From NCBI GenBank assembly GCA_964016885.1, contig OZ024743.1:362204001-362268000 (forward strand): a stretch of 64,000 nt of DNA, written 5' to 3'. This document shows positions 25,010-37,180 of the stretch, piece after piece. Origin of the DNA: Eledone cirrhosa (lineage: Eukaryota). Every line of letters starts with the position of its first letter. Position 1 is the first letter of the stretch. The notes below the pieces were generated by a model. That model ran no database searches and was not told the origin of the DNA. It saw only the letters and a program-made list of their open reading frames with translations. The position numbers were made by a program, and so were the translations under genes.

Positions 25010-25976
25010 GAAAGTTCCTGCATTGCATTGCTCATTGAAACAAAAAGATGATAGAGTGTGGGCGCGAGGTCGGGCGAGTATGGTGTGCCAACACAGCTCC
25101 AGCAGCATCTCACGGGCCATCCTTGATGTATATGGCCGAGCGTTATCATGAAGAAATCGAACAGGACCATGGACGCACCTGTGCACTTTTCATCGCTAAT
25201 ATGTCAATTTGTTGGCAATAGACGTCAGAGTTATGCTGGTGTTCAGTAAGGCCTTTCAAGGGTGGAAGCCAGCCGTTGCTAGCCGTTGTGGCGCACTCTC
25301 TTTATCAACCCATGTTCGCTTGCTCTTGATATTAATGTAGAGACACAATTTGTCATCACCAGTGACAGTGAAACGTAACCCTGTTGGTCGTGCAACAGTA
25401 GAATATCAGAAACGTCGCACCTGCCGCCCGACGTTTACGATTACGACCAGTCTGATTGTGGGGAACTCATTGGTACAGCTTGGATACATTCATTGTTGCA
25501 TGCAAGTGATTAAGGACGGATGTTTTCGATGAGCAAAGCACTTCGGAGAGTTGACGTGATGTCTGGCGTGGGTCGGCGTCCACCAAATCAGGCAGTTGCT
25601 CGTCATTAAAGTTGGATGGCTGTCCTGTGCGATTCGATCTCCAAGACTGTAATCACCGGAACGGAAGCATGTGATCCAGTCTCTGACACTGCGTTCAGAC
25701 ACGGTATGTGACTCGAATGCATTGTTAATGCGACCACTCGATGCTACTGTGTGTAGGAAAGATTTGAAGTCATAAAGAAAACAGCCACGAATAAAATATT
25801 TGGGTAGATCCATGTTTCTTCTCCTTTGACGGTGTAAGAGAAAAGGAGAAATTCACAGAACGCATACCAACGTGACTTCTTATATATGTGCGCATGTGCA
25901 AGCATCAACTTTTCCATAAAACTATCAAAATACTTCTTTTTGCAAAATGGCGGTAACTTTCTGTACAAACCAATCA
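25010..25976 (-). pseudogene. Mariner (Tc1/mariner) transposase fossil
   Basis: HTH region LYDFK..INNAF..TVSERSVRDW..FRSGDYSL.D and catalytic region FLHDNARPYTS; frameshifted; possible TIR at 25950-25976. Confidence 0.85.
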
Positions 25977-27134
25977 ATGCTCGAAAACACTTTAGTTCTG
26001 TTCCCTACAGATTCCACCACTCCACTTAATTTATAGTATTTTATTTTATTTTATTTATTTTTATTTTTTTGTGGGAAAAACAACATTAGCACCTCGAATC
26101 AGTTGCATGGAAAGACACTAAAGTACTGAGTTGTAACGGGTTATGGCATTTGGTTAGTGTGCTCGTATGTTTTATATTCTTGTAAGTATTTTATATGGCG
26201 GGAATAAGTGTGTATGTGTGATAAACTGATTTATTTTCTTCCATCATCAACACATTCAATATTAAGCAGTTTTGTCGTTGTAGTCACAAATATTGCGTGA
26301 CTTACACTATATATTTTCTGGTAGTCTGTAGCGTATTTAGCATTAATCTTAAGAGAAGCCATTAATAAAATCGTGTTAGTTTCTTGTTCTTTTTTCCTTT
26401 ATTCATAGGAAAGTAAGTGGGGAGAGAAAGATATAGAGTGAGAACGTGAGATCTGTAGAGTAAAAGGGTTAAACAGAGGGTGAGATAAAGAGAAAACAAA
26501 ACAAACAATCGAATCGTTTTATTCATTTACTTGCCAATACAATCCGATTTTATTCTTTACCAATTACATTGATATCTCTATCATCACTCTCCCTCTCGCC
26601 CCCTCGGTCTTTCTCTCTCGTGTGTGTGTGTGAGTATGTGTATGTATTATATATAGGTATATATATGTGTGTGTGTGTGTAAGAGAGAGAGCATATGCAT
26701 GTATATATATATATGTATATATATATATAATAGGTTTTTTTTCTTCTATTGTAAGCACTATGGTTTTTCTGATACAAGCTTTCGAGTGTGCAACATCACG
26801 CAGTTAGACTAAATGTTTTAGGGCTTATTTTGTCTCAGAGGTTAGTTTGAGGGTGTTTATAGATGCAATACATAAGAAGGTGGAGCATAACCTCCAATGT
26901 AATGCGGTTGTAGTAGTTGCAAATAATAATTTTATTATCATACAGAAACTATGTAATATGATAGATGCAGCTTGATAGCGTCTGTCTTCCTCAATTAGTA
27001 GCTAGTGCGGTCCTTGTTAATTTGCGGAATCTGGAATGCATGTCGGTGGTTGATTTGGCAGGAGCCATGACTGTGTGTTTACAGTGTTTACTGGGTATTT
27101 TTTTTGCCGGTTACGACAATCAACGATTTTATTT

Positions 27135-27501
<367 letters not shown>

Positions 27502-27505
<4 letters not shown>

Positions 27506-28783
27506 CTGAAGGATCACAAAAATAATTTTGAAACAAACCCTACTATTAGATTAATATGCCCATCTAAGTCAGATATAGGTAAAATTAGCAAGAACATTCT
27601 AGATAGGGTAATCGCACAAATAAAAGGTAAACTAGAAATCAATTTATGGGGTAACACTAACGAGGCGATTGAATGGTACAATAAAATACCAAATAGGGAG
27701 ACATGTAACTTCATACAATTTGATATAAACGACTACTATGCATCCATATCCCCAGCCACCCTAGATAAAGCGCTTATATTTGCCCAAAATAACTCCGATC
27801 TTACCCCTGAGGAAATTGAAATAATAATAGCGGCTAGAAGGACTGTCATAAAATTTGAAAATAGCTACTGGGTAAGAAGAGATAGGATAAACAGCTACGA
27901 TATAACAATGGGATCAAATGACTCTGCGCAAATCACTGACGTCGTGGGGCTATTTATAGCACACAACCTACATAAGGAATTCAGTAACCTCCAAGGAGGG
28001 ATTTATAGAGACAACACGCTCCTTATAGCTAGGAACTTAAACAACCAGAGCATGGAAAGATTAAGAAAAAATATTAGAACATTCTTCAAAAAACTAGGCC
28101 TAAGTATTACCTACGAACTGAACCATAAGAAGATAAACTTTCTAGATGTGACTCTAAATCTAAATACGGGATTAATAGAACCTTTCCACAAAAATAATGA
28201 AAATCTGGCCTACATTAGTTATAACTCAAGCCACCCCAAATCCATAATCAGATCCATAGCACGTAGTATATCCCTTAGAATATCCCGCTTATCCTCAAAC
28301 CTAGAAATGTTTAATGAACATGCTAACTATTATAACGCAGCATTACATAGGGCTGGACATAAAGATAAACTGCAGTATATAGCGAATAAAGACAACTTAA
28401 ACAAACCTAATAGCAATTACACCAACCGCTCACACACAAATAGAGGTAACAAGACTAGAAACAGAGTTAGGCACGTAGCACCTAGAGTAAGCGGTCCAAA
28501 CACCAATAATGTAAACCCTAGAAACAATAGAAGAATCAGAGAAAAAAAATATCTATGGTTCAACCCAATCTTCAACTCCTCTGTAAAAACCAGACTGCCT
28601 TCTACATTCTTTAAACTAATAGATAAACACTTCCCTATTTCACACCGATATCATAAAATACTCAATAGAAACACTATAAAACTCTCATACTCTACGGCAG
28701 CAAATATAGAATCGCACATACGCAAGATCAACCACAGAAATATCTCTAGGGCATCCGCCCCACCTATGCGCAACATAATATAA
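27502..28783 (+). pseudogene. Penelope-like reverse transcriptase fragment (truncated at both ends)
   Basis: LKDHK..P.IRLI.P.KS.IGKISK, QFDI.DYY.SI, MGS.DSA, YRDN (for YRDD), [10 protein letters not shown]...S.HP. Starts abruptly at (TA)n, and no GIY-YIG follows. Confidence 0.88.
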
Positions 28784-29090
28784 CAGTGTACAGTTGCAGT
28801 TTCGATTAATCGTGTACTGTATCTGTGGTACAGAAATTTAGATAGGTAGTTCTAAAAGTACTTCATCCAGACAAAACCAATGTAATTTCGGTACTTTGAA
28901 CAATAGAGTCTTAAATACAAAAGAAGACAAGGATGGATGGAAGGAGTCTTTATCACTCTATTCGTCTATATACATGGGGTAATCTAGACAATTGGCACCA
29001 TGGTATCTTACTGAATTATTGTAGGTGAAACACGTGACATCAAGTAAGTTTGGTTATGTTGTGGAACTACCCCTCTCTCTCTCTCTCCCG

Positions 29091-29183
<93 letters not shown>

Positions 29184-29185
29184 TA

Positions 29186-29240
<55 letters not shown>

Positions 29241-29244
29241 TAGG

Positions 29245-30565
29245 TTCACGTTTGGTGGCAGTGGAGGAGTTTTCAACGTTTTGGACAGAAGTCCTTCATC
29301 AGAAAAGTTCGGGTAGTGGGAGAATAGGAACTCCGAGAATGAGTAAGGAGGGTTTTAAGGAGGGAAGTAAAAAATAAAATACAATGATGAAATAAAAATA
29401 AAAATAAAAGCGGTGGGGAGTATAGGTCCAGGGTGGAAGTGTGGGATGACATGGGTTTGGTAGCGTGTGTATGTGTGTGTGAAGAAGGGAGGCTGCAAAA
29501 ATACTCAGAGTCTAGGAAGTGTCGGCGGAGGGTATAGTGTGTGTGTATGTGTATATGTGAGTGTGTGGATGTAAGTATGTGTGTCTGAAAAGAAGCAAGA
29601 GCGTGTCTGAACGTTTGTTAAATAGTAAGCATAGACACGTGGGTGATATCTATATGAGTGTGTGGGTTAGTGTGTTGGTATGTGTCGTTACGTGCGTGTG
29701 GGATTGGTGTACATGTCTGTGCGTGTGTATATTCCTGTTTGGGTGCTGGTGCGTATGTGTGGATGGCCAGGCTCCGTATAGGCAGATGTGTGTGAATGGA
29801 TAAAACTGTGAGTTGCGTGTGGAGATGTATGTGTGTATGGAGGTATGTTTGTGTATGTATATAACCCAGTAGTTTTACGTGTAGATGTTGTCGGTGTGCG
29901 TTAGGTCAGGCCCTCTCTCTCACTATTTATATATATATATGCATATGCGTATGTACGCATATATACTGGTTGTGTGTGTGTTCAGGGTATAAGTGCGTGT
30001 GTGTTTTTATGTAGTATACGAATGAAATAGACTTAACCAAGTGTGTGGTAGGAGACGTAAGTGTGAGGCGGGTGTCAGTTAGTGAATTAGAGGGTGTCTG
30101 GATGGGGTGAAGGAGGGGGTGACGGAGGGGTAGAAGGAGAGGTGATGGAGGGGGAAGAGGTGATGGAGGGGGTGAAGGAGGGTGTGTGAATTTGGGGTAG
30201 GGGAGGTTAATGTGTTAGTGGGGTGGCAAGGTGTGGGTGGGTATTGTAGAGGTTAGTGGCGTTAGTAGGGGGGGGGGGGAGTGAATGGAGAAGTGGGAAA
30301 GAGAAAGGTGTGAGTGGGTGATGAGGTGGGGGAGGTTAGTGTGTAGGAGAACTGGTGGGTCAGTGAGTAGACGATGTGGTGAGACAGGGGGGGTGAACGT
30401 TAGTGTGTGCAGGGTTGTGTTGGGGTGGAAGGTGTGGTTAGTGTGGGGTGGGAGAGGTGGGTTGTGTAGAGTTGAGTGTAGGAGTGGGATGTGGTTAATG
30501 AAGTTAATAGTAGAGGGTGTCGAGTGGGTGGTGAGGCTGGAGAGTTAATGGAAGAGATGGCTCAG
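29245..30565 (-). mobile_element. Probable PLE 3' UTR with decayed hammerhead at 29270-29306
   Basis: Minus strand reads TTTT-CTGATGA-A-GGAC TTCT GTCC-AAAA(for GAAA)-CGTT-G-AAAA, after a long C/T/A-rich tract like the UTR of the 8.5-9.4 kb element. Confidence 0.45.
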
Positions 30566-31010
30566 TGATATATACATATACATATGTTTTTATATATAAA
30601 TACATATATGCATGTATATGTATCTATACTAAGCTGACGGGCGTATGTATGTAACAAACTTTTCGCCAAACGGCTAAACCAAAATTGCACCATAGATGCA
30701 CCATAGATGTAACTTTTTCCAAGTAAGAAAGTGAGGGTATTTTATTTACTACTAAATTTTGTTAAAAGATTAAAGATATTAATTAAATATTCACTTCTTT
30801 AAAATTTTCAAATGTCAACACTTCAAATGTCAACACTTCCGGTTATACGACATTCCTCTCTCTTTCTTAGTCTGTCTTTTTAGATAGATGCATAGCTATA
30901 ACGTCGCGCCGTTATAATATGTCTCTGTATGTTTGTCTGTCTGCATTATGAAAACAAATTCTGTACATTGGCTTCGCTATCTGTGTGTGTGTATATATGT
31001 ATATGTAGTG

Positions 31011-31075
<65 letters not shown>

Positions 31076-31370
31076 TGTTAGTATCATAAATAAGAAACAG
31101 TTTAATTTGTACATTTTATTACAGTATTCTTTATACGTATTATTTACAGTTGTATAAAAAGAAGTATAATTGTTTCTACTTTTTGCACAAGGCCAGCAAT
31201 TATCGCAGTACATTACTGGTACTTTATTATATATAATATATATTTAATACGACATTCCTCTCTCTTTCTTACTCTGTCTTTTTAGATAGATACATAGCTA
31301 TAACGTCGCGCCTTTATAATATCTGCTGGATGTCTGCTTGTCTGCATTGACTTCGCTTCTAACCAACTTT

Positions 31371-31545
31371 AGTATCCGTATAGGATCGGACGCCATGCTT
31401 TCCAGCATAGTTACGTCCCTTTACGATCTGAGTTCAAATCCCGCCGAGGTTGACTTTGCCTTTCATCCTTACGGGGTCGATAAAATAAAGTACCAGTAAT
31501 GCACTGGGCAATTGCTGGCCTTGTGCCTAAAGTAGAAACAATTAA
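31371..31545 (+). mobile_element. Nin/Deu-core tRNA SINE
   Basis: Same family as 17263-17450. Confidence 0.88.
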
Positions 31546-31572
31546 TTATATATATATATATATATTCGTGTA

Positions 31573-32378
31573 CATATTTTCAACAGTAATACTGTACTAT
31601 ATATTTTCAACAGTAATAGTATACTATAATATATATTTTCAACAGTAATACTACACTATACTATATATTTTCAACGGTAATACTATACTATACTATATGT
31701 TTTCGACAGTAATACTATATATTTTCAACAGTAATACTATATATACTATATGGTTTCAACAGTAATACTATACTATACTATATATTTTCAACAGTAATAC
31801 TGTACTGTATATTTTCAACAGTAATACTACACTATACTGTATATTTTCAACGGTAATACTATACTATACTATTCTATATATGTTCAACAATAATACTATA
31901 CTATATATTTTCAACAGTAATGCTATACTATATATTTTCAACAGTAATACTATACTATACTACATATTTTCAACAGTAATACTATACTATATAATTTCAA
32001 CAGTAATATTATACTTTCAACAGTAATACTGTACTATATATTTTCAACAGTAATACTGTATTACACTATATATTTTCAACAGTAATAATGTACTTTACTA
32101 TATATTTTCAACAGTAATACTGTACTCTATATTTTCAAAAGTGATACTATACTATATATTTTCAACAGTAATACTGTACTATATATTTTCAACAGTAATA
32201 CTGTACTATACTATATAATTTCAACAGTAATACTATAGTATATATTTTCAACAGTTATACCATACTATATTTTCAACAGTGATGTTATACTATATATTTT
32301 CAACAGTATTACTATAGTATACTATATGTTTTCGACAGCAATACAATACTATATATTTTCAACAGTAATACTATACTA
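31573..32378. repeat. Minisatellite, core ATATTTTCAACAGTAA plus variable (TACTA)n, unit ~25-37 bp
   Basis: Directly visible tandem array of roughly 25-30 units. Confidence 0.95.
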
Positions 32379-32427
32379 CACAGACGGCTTATCGTCTGTT
32401 TTTCCAAGCGAAGCTAGGTACGTCAGC

Positions 32428-32522
<95 letters not shown>

Positions 32523-32575
32523 ATGCCGTAGAACACGCCAATGGTAGCCAGGCGCCAGCTGAACTGGCCAGCTAG

Positions 32576-32611
<36 letters not shown>

Positions 32612-32614
<3 letters not shown>

Positions 32615-33005
32615 GACGGCAATCCCAAAAGTAAGGTCTCCTTCCGATATTGCAACTTTTCCGTTAAAAACATGTGGATGGTGCTTCAGGAAATCTCAGG
32701 AACCAAAATGCAGAGAGCATCCAGAGTGATCCGCCCATCTTTACGCATGTTTTCCTCGGAAGGAGACCTTACTTTTGGAATTGCTCTCTATATAATAACT
32801 GCGCGAAATTTGCACCTTGGCAGTAGCGTCCATCGGGAGCTGCATTCTACACGGCTGCCAAACCAAGATTGAGTATCCCAGCGAAGAGCGCGCATGCTTG
32901 TTTGGGAGTGAAGGAATCATCAATTGCAACAGTGTTGCCAACAGCCGTACGAACAGTTTCTCTGCGTCCCCATTGCTTTGGAGACCTTAATTTTGGGATT
33001 GCCCT

Positions 33006-33009
<4 letters not shown>
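32612..33009. mobile_element. Tc1/mariner-type MITE(s) in (TA)n
   Basis: TIR GGCAATCCCAAAAGTAAGGTCTCC at 32618-32641, with inverted copies at ~32762-32786 and ~32980-33004; TA flanks. Confidence 0.7.
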
Positions 33010-33039
<30 letters not shown>

Positions 33040-33044
33040 TATTA

Positions 33045-33090
<46 letters not shown>

Positions 33091-33095
<5 letters not shown>

Positions 33096-33430
33096 CAAAA
33101 TATGAATAAATGGATACAATCACATACTCAAAATATATGTTTTATTATATATATTTCGGAGGCAGTAGACTGCCGAGATGGGAATTGAACCATCACCTCA
33201 GTTGAGGTATGTCATGCATCAATTTATGTATTTTATCTGATGAGGACGTACTGAAAAAAACAGCACAGTACCTCCGAAATATATATAATAAAACATATAT
33301 TTTGATTATGTGATTGTATTCATTTATTAATATTTTGAATAATATTAATAACTCCAGAAAATGTCTTTGTTGAGTGTTTTTAATCTATTGTAAAACTGTA
33401 TTCATTGAATAATCAATGAACCTTGTTTAA
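33091..33430 (+). mobile_element. Short PLE-derived element with ~70-bp inverted repeat
   Basis: 33091-33162 is the reverse complement of 33271-33342; sits in (TA)n. Confidence 0.65.
33231..33293 (+). ncRNA. Type I hammerhead ribozyme
   Basis: TTTTAT-CTGATGA(33237-43)-GGACGTACTG/CAGTACCTCC stem II-GAAA(33276-79)-TATATA-TA-ATAAAA. Confidence 0.83.
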
Positions 33431-33438
33431 CATATGGT

Positions 33439-33472
<34 letters not shown>

Positions 33473-33478
33473 CGTGTA

Positions 33479-33555
<77 letters not shown>

Positions 33556-35032
33556 TTCATATCTCATCATGTCATATTCTCGTATTTATCTGTAGATTGA
33601 AAAATAACGAACGACATTAATATTTACATACTCAATAAGTGTGCCTGTATCTATGGCTATACGTATTTCTGTGAAACTTCCAATAAATGTATTTTTACAA
33701 GGTATGTCCGAACGAATGCCTTCTATCTTTCTATAAATATATTATAATCCAAATATGATATTTTGTAGTCATATCATCACTAATCAAATATCAGACTTAT
33801 GATAAAATAAAGTACCAGTAATGCACTGAAATCATTGCTGGCCTTGTGCCAAAAATAGAAACAATTATTTGATGCGTCCTTCATTTCTTTTTTAAGAAAG
33901 TAAATTTCAGAGAGATTCGGCTGATATTACCACGAAGCCAAACTGCCACGTAGAGGCATCTTCATTGTTTTGTCATTTTCCTTTGTTTAACAATACAGAC
34001 AAATTGTTGTGTTGAAGCTTTTACATCATGATTTCAAGCTTGGGTAATCATGAAGTATCCTATCAATCATTGAGACATATTTCAATTCTGGAAATATTAT
34101 AGTATTGATTTTTAATATAGGAACATGTCTTCAAAATTTAAAGATGGTCATTATCGACTGGACTCTCTTACCCGCCAGTACTCAAGTTATGGTTATAAGC
34201 CATTGGCTTCAGAAGGATTAGAGAAAATTGAATGTAAATAGGATTGAAACTCAGAACGTAAAGTTACCAAAATACATCCTGGAAGGCATTGCAGTTTGTG
34301 TCAATTTACTGTCCTTGCTGTATACAATATTATTTATTAGATGTTTTCGTTAACTTACTTATACATGACAATAAACTTCTGTTGCAGAGAAGCATATTAT
34401 TACTTTGACGATTCTAATTCCATTTACTTACTGGGTCAGCTGACGGGATTTTTATTAGGAATCGGCAAAAGCTATTAAATATAATAAATAATATTTATTC
34501 AACAATTCAACAGCTCATTAAAGAATTCAGCCCTGGGTTGATACGTTCGCAAATATTGTGACGCTTGCAATAATAATGTAGTTTTCTCTCTTTAAAATAA
34601 ATTATATTACAACAAATCTTTTTAGTTCTCTCAATCTCAAGGTCACTTATTTGCTTTGAATATATAATATCCAGTTGCAGTTATATCATATCTGCATTCG
34701 ATTTAATATAGAGTTAGTGTTAATAGAGGCTTCATTGAAGTTATATTAAACAGATTTATGTTCCATCTTCTTGATATACAAAGTCAATGGGATACGCCTG
34801 AAAGGTTTTGTATCCAAGCTGTTACATGTATAATTTATAGATTTTATAATGCTTTATTTCTTCCAGAACTTCTTGATATAGAGGAAATATTTGGACAGCA
34901 ATCAGATATTATATGTATTCACGGATAAATATTTGAAAATCTTGACAGAAATGTATATATGTGCAGGTATTTATCAATATTCAGACCAAAATGAAAGATA
35001 TCAATATAACAATTTACTTCTTTTACTTCTAT

Positions 35033-35248
35033 AATAATGGTTTCTTATATAGGCACAAGGTCAGCAATTTGGATGGGAGGGCGAAAGTCGATTAAATCGA
35101 CCCCGGTGCATTACTGGTGCTTTATCTATCGACCCCATAAGGATGAAAGGCAAAGCTAACCTCGGTGGCATTTGAACTCAGAGCGTAAAGGGCTGTAATT
35201 CTATGCCGCAAATCACGGGGTCCGACGCTCTACCTATACTGCTAATCC
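35033..35248 (-). mobile_element. Nin/Deu-core tRNA SINE (longer subfamily)
   Basis: Same head and core, plus an extra GTCGATTTAATCGAC hairpin segment also seen at 17168. Confidence 0.85.
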
Positions 35249-36968
35249 TCAGCCAAATTTGGTGAGGCACGAACGGTGGCAAGGCACGATGGTCAGGCGG
35301 ACGCGATGTATACGTTTGCCACCTCCACCCGATTTTTCAGGGGAGCTTCTGCTCAAGCCATTACTGCGGAAGCTGGAGCTGTTGCAAGGCATCCCGCTCG
35401 GATCGGGACGCGGAAATGCTGTGTCGGCGTATGCGGACGACATCTCCGTGATGGTGTCGAACACCTCGGAAATCGAGGTGGTCCACACTTTATTGGAGGA
35501 ATATGAAAGGTTGACGGGAGCGAAACTTAACCCGGAAATGTTGGTTGGCTTGCAGCTCGGCACATGGAGAGGGAAGTCCATGCCCTCCAACAGTGTCGTC
35601 GGGCGCTGGACGGACGGACTGGTAATGTTGCTCGGGATTTGGTTTGGACCAGACCTTTAGATGGATAAGAATTGGGACGAGGTGTCGATCAGGGTAGCCA
35701 CTCTCACCCAGAAATGGGCCAAGAGGTAGCTATCCTTGAATGGTCTGTTGAAGGTGGCGAACCCATACATCGCGTCCGTCGTCTGCGACTGCCTGACCGT
35801 CGTGCCTTGCCCCAGTTTACGCCTCGCCAAATTGGAGCGGCTACTCTTCAACTTCTTGTGGAGGGGACAGGTTCCATTGGTGAGGTGGTCCATCTGCTGC
35901 AAACACCCTCTACGTAGAGGGCTGGGGATGACGTGGCGAATGATACACAAACCTGTGCTGAGGCTGCTCCTTCTCCAGCTATTCTGCTTAACCGGGGAAC
36001 AGATGTGGTCGCCCTTTGTCAGATGGGCCTTTCCACAACTCATTTCTTTGACTGAGCTGCAGTCCTGAGTCAAGAAGAGACCAAGAATAGGTGACTGCTA
36101 TCTGGAAAGTTGCCAGGCGCTCACTGACCTCTACCAGGCTGGCAATGCGGTCACTAGAACTTACACTCTAGAGTTCTATAGAGGATTAGCAGTGAGCAAG
36201 TGCGACGACGCACTCGAAATCGAACTGACCAGTGTGTTCCGGAGAACTTTCGAGCCGGGGACGATGGATAACTTCCAGAAATCCCTCGCTTGGTAGTTCG
36301 ACCGGAAGGTACTGCCGATTTGAGATAAATTCTACAGGCACGGAAGTGCTGTTGGTCGGACCTGTCCGAGATGCACGCAGAAGGACGAAACTGTTCTACA
36401 TGCATTCGTCCAGTGTCGGTGCATTACTGACTTGTGGAGTTATGTCGAACAGTTGTTTTCGCGTGAAGAATGGATCCGGCTATCGACCGAGTCCATAGTG
36501 AAGATTGACCCACCGCCTTCATTTGTCCAGGAAGGGCAGGCAATGTTCCTCTGTCTGGTGGCAGTAGCGAAAGAGGTTCTGTGGTAGACCAGGTTGAAAG
36601 AACTGAAGACAGACACTTTTCTCTTCGGCCAATCCCTCATCAACTTTTTCAAGTTTCACTTGAAAAGAAAGGTGATGGTGGAGAGAGAAGTGTGGTCCCC
36701 ACTATATTTGTCAAAAGGTGGGTGAGTGTGGCGAGACTGTCCCGTGTGAATCATGTGCCTGTAGACTGGTTAATTTGAGGAGGAGAGGGGTGCTCTTCCC
36801 GGGTGCACTCGTAGTGTCGGGTGGTTCAGGATGTGTGAGGTATCTGAGTTTCCCTGGGTCGTTCATTGTTACATTGGTTTGTTATTGTGCATTTTTACTC
36901 AATCTTATTGTAAACCCCCACTGTCCGTGTCCTTTATATGTCGCCCTATGTGACCAATAAATGAAATT
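35249..36968 (+). mobile_element. 5'-truncated degenerate Tx1 LINE (family E) with inverted 5' segment and (ATT)n tail
   Basis: AYADD RT motif through the C-terminal CPRC knuckle, with several stops. 35249-35345 is antisense ORF2 sequence. Ends ACCAATAAATGAAATTATTATT. Confidence 0.9.
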
Positions 36969-36976
36969 ATTATTAT

Positions 36977-37178
36977 TGGATAATTGCTGGCCTTGTGTCA
37001 AAAAGTAAAAACAATTATTATTATTATTAGCAAAGAGTTACGCCCCTTTATGGTTTGAGTTCAAATCCCGCCGAGGTTAACTTTGCCTTTCATCCTTACG
37101 GGGTCGATAAAATAAAGTACCAGTAATGTATTGAGTAATTGCTGGCCTTGTGTCAAAAGTAGAAACAATTATTATTAT
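36977..37178 (+). mobile_element. Two 5'-truncated SINE copies separated by (ATT)n
   Basis: Core and tail of the same SINE family. Confidence 0.85.
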
Positions 37179-37180
37179 TG

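Larger units (their letters stand above)
30623..32430 (+). mobile_element. Probable non-autonomous Helitron-like element
   Basis: Begins A|TCTATACTAA and ends GCGAAGCTAGGTACGTCAGCTAC (CTAG-like). Subterminal AGCTGACG/CGTCAGCT inverted pair; internal direct repeat 30845-30920/31247-31322. Confidence 0.5.

Noticed and set aside
31573-32378. CRISPR-like array
   Set aside because: No unique spacers, no cas genes, eukaryotic context; it is a minisatellite.
34712-34970. Possible host exon (RVSVNRGFIEVILNRFMFHLLDIQSQWDTPERF...)
   Set aside because: About 70 protein-like codons but an in-frame stop, no recognisable domain and no partner exons; a pseudo-exon cannot be excluded without a search.
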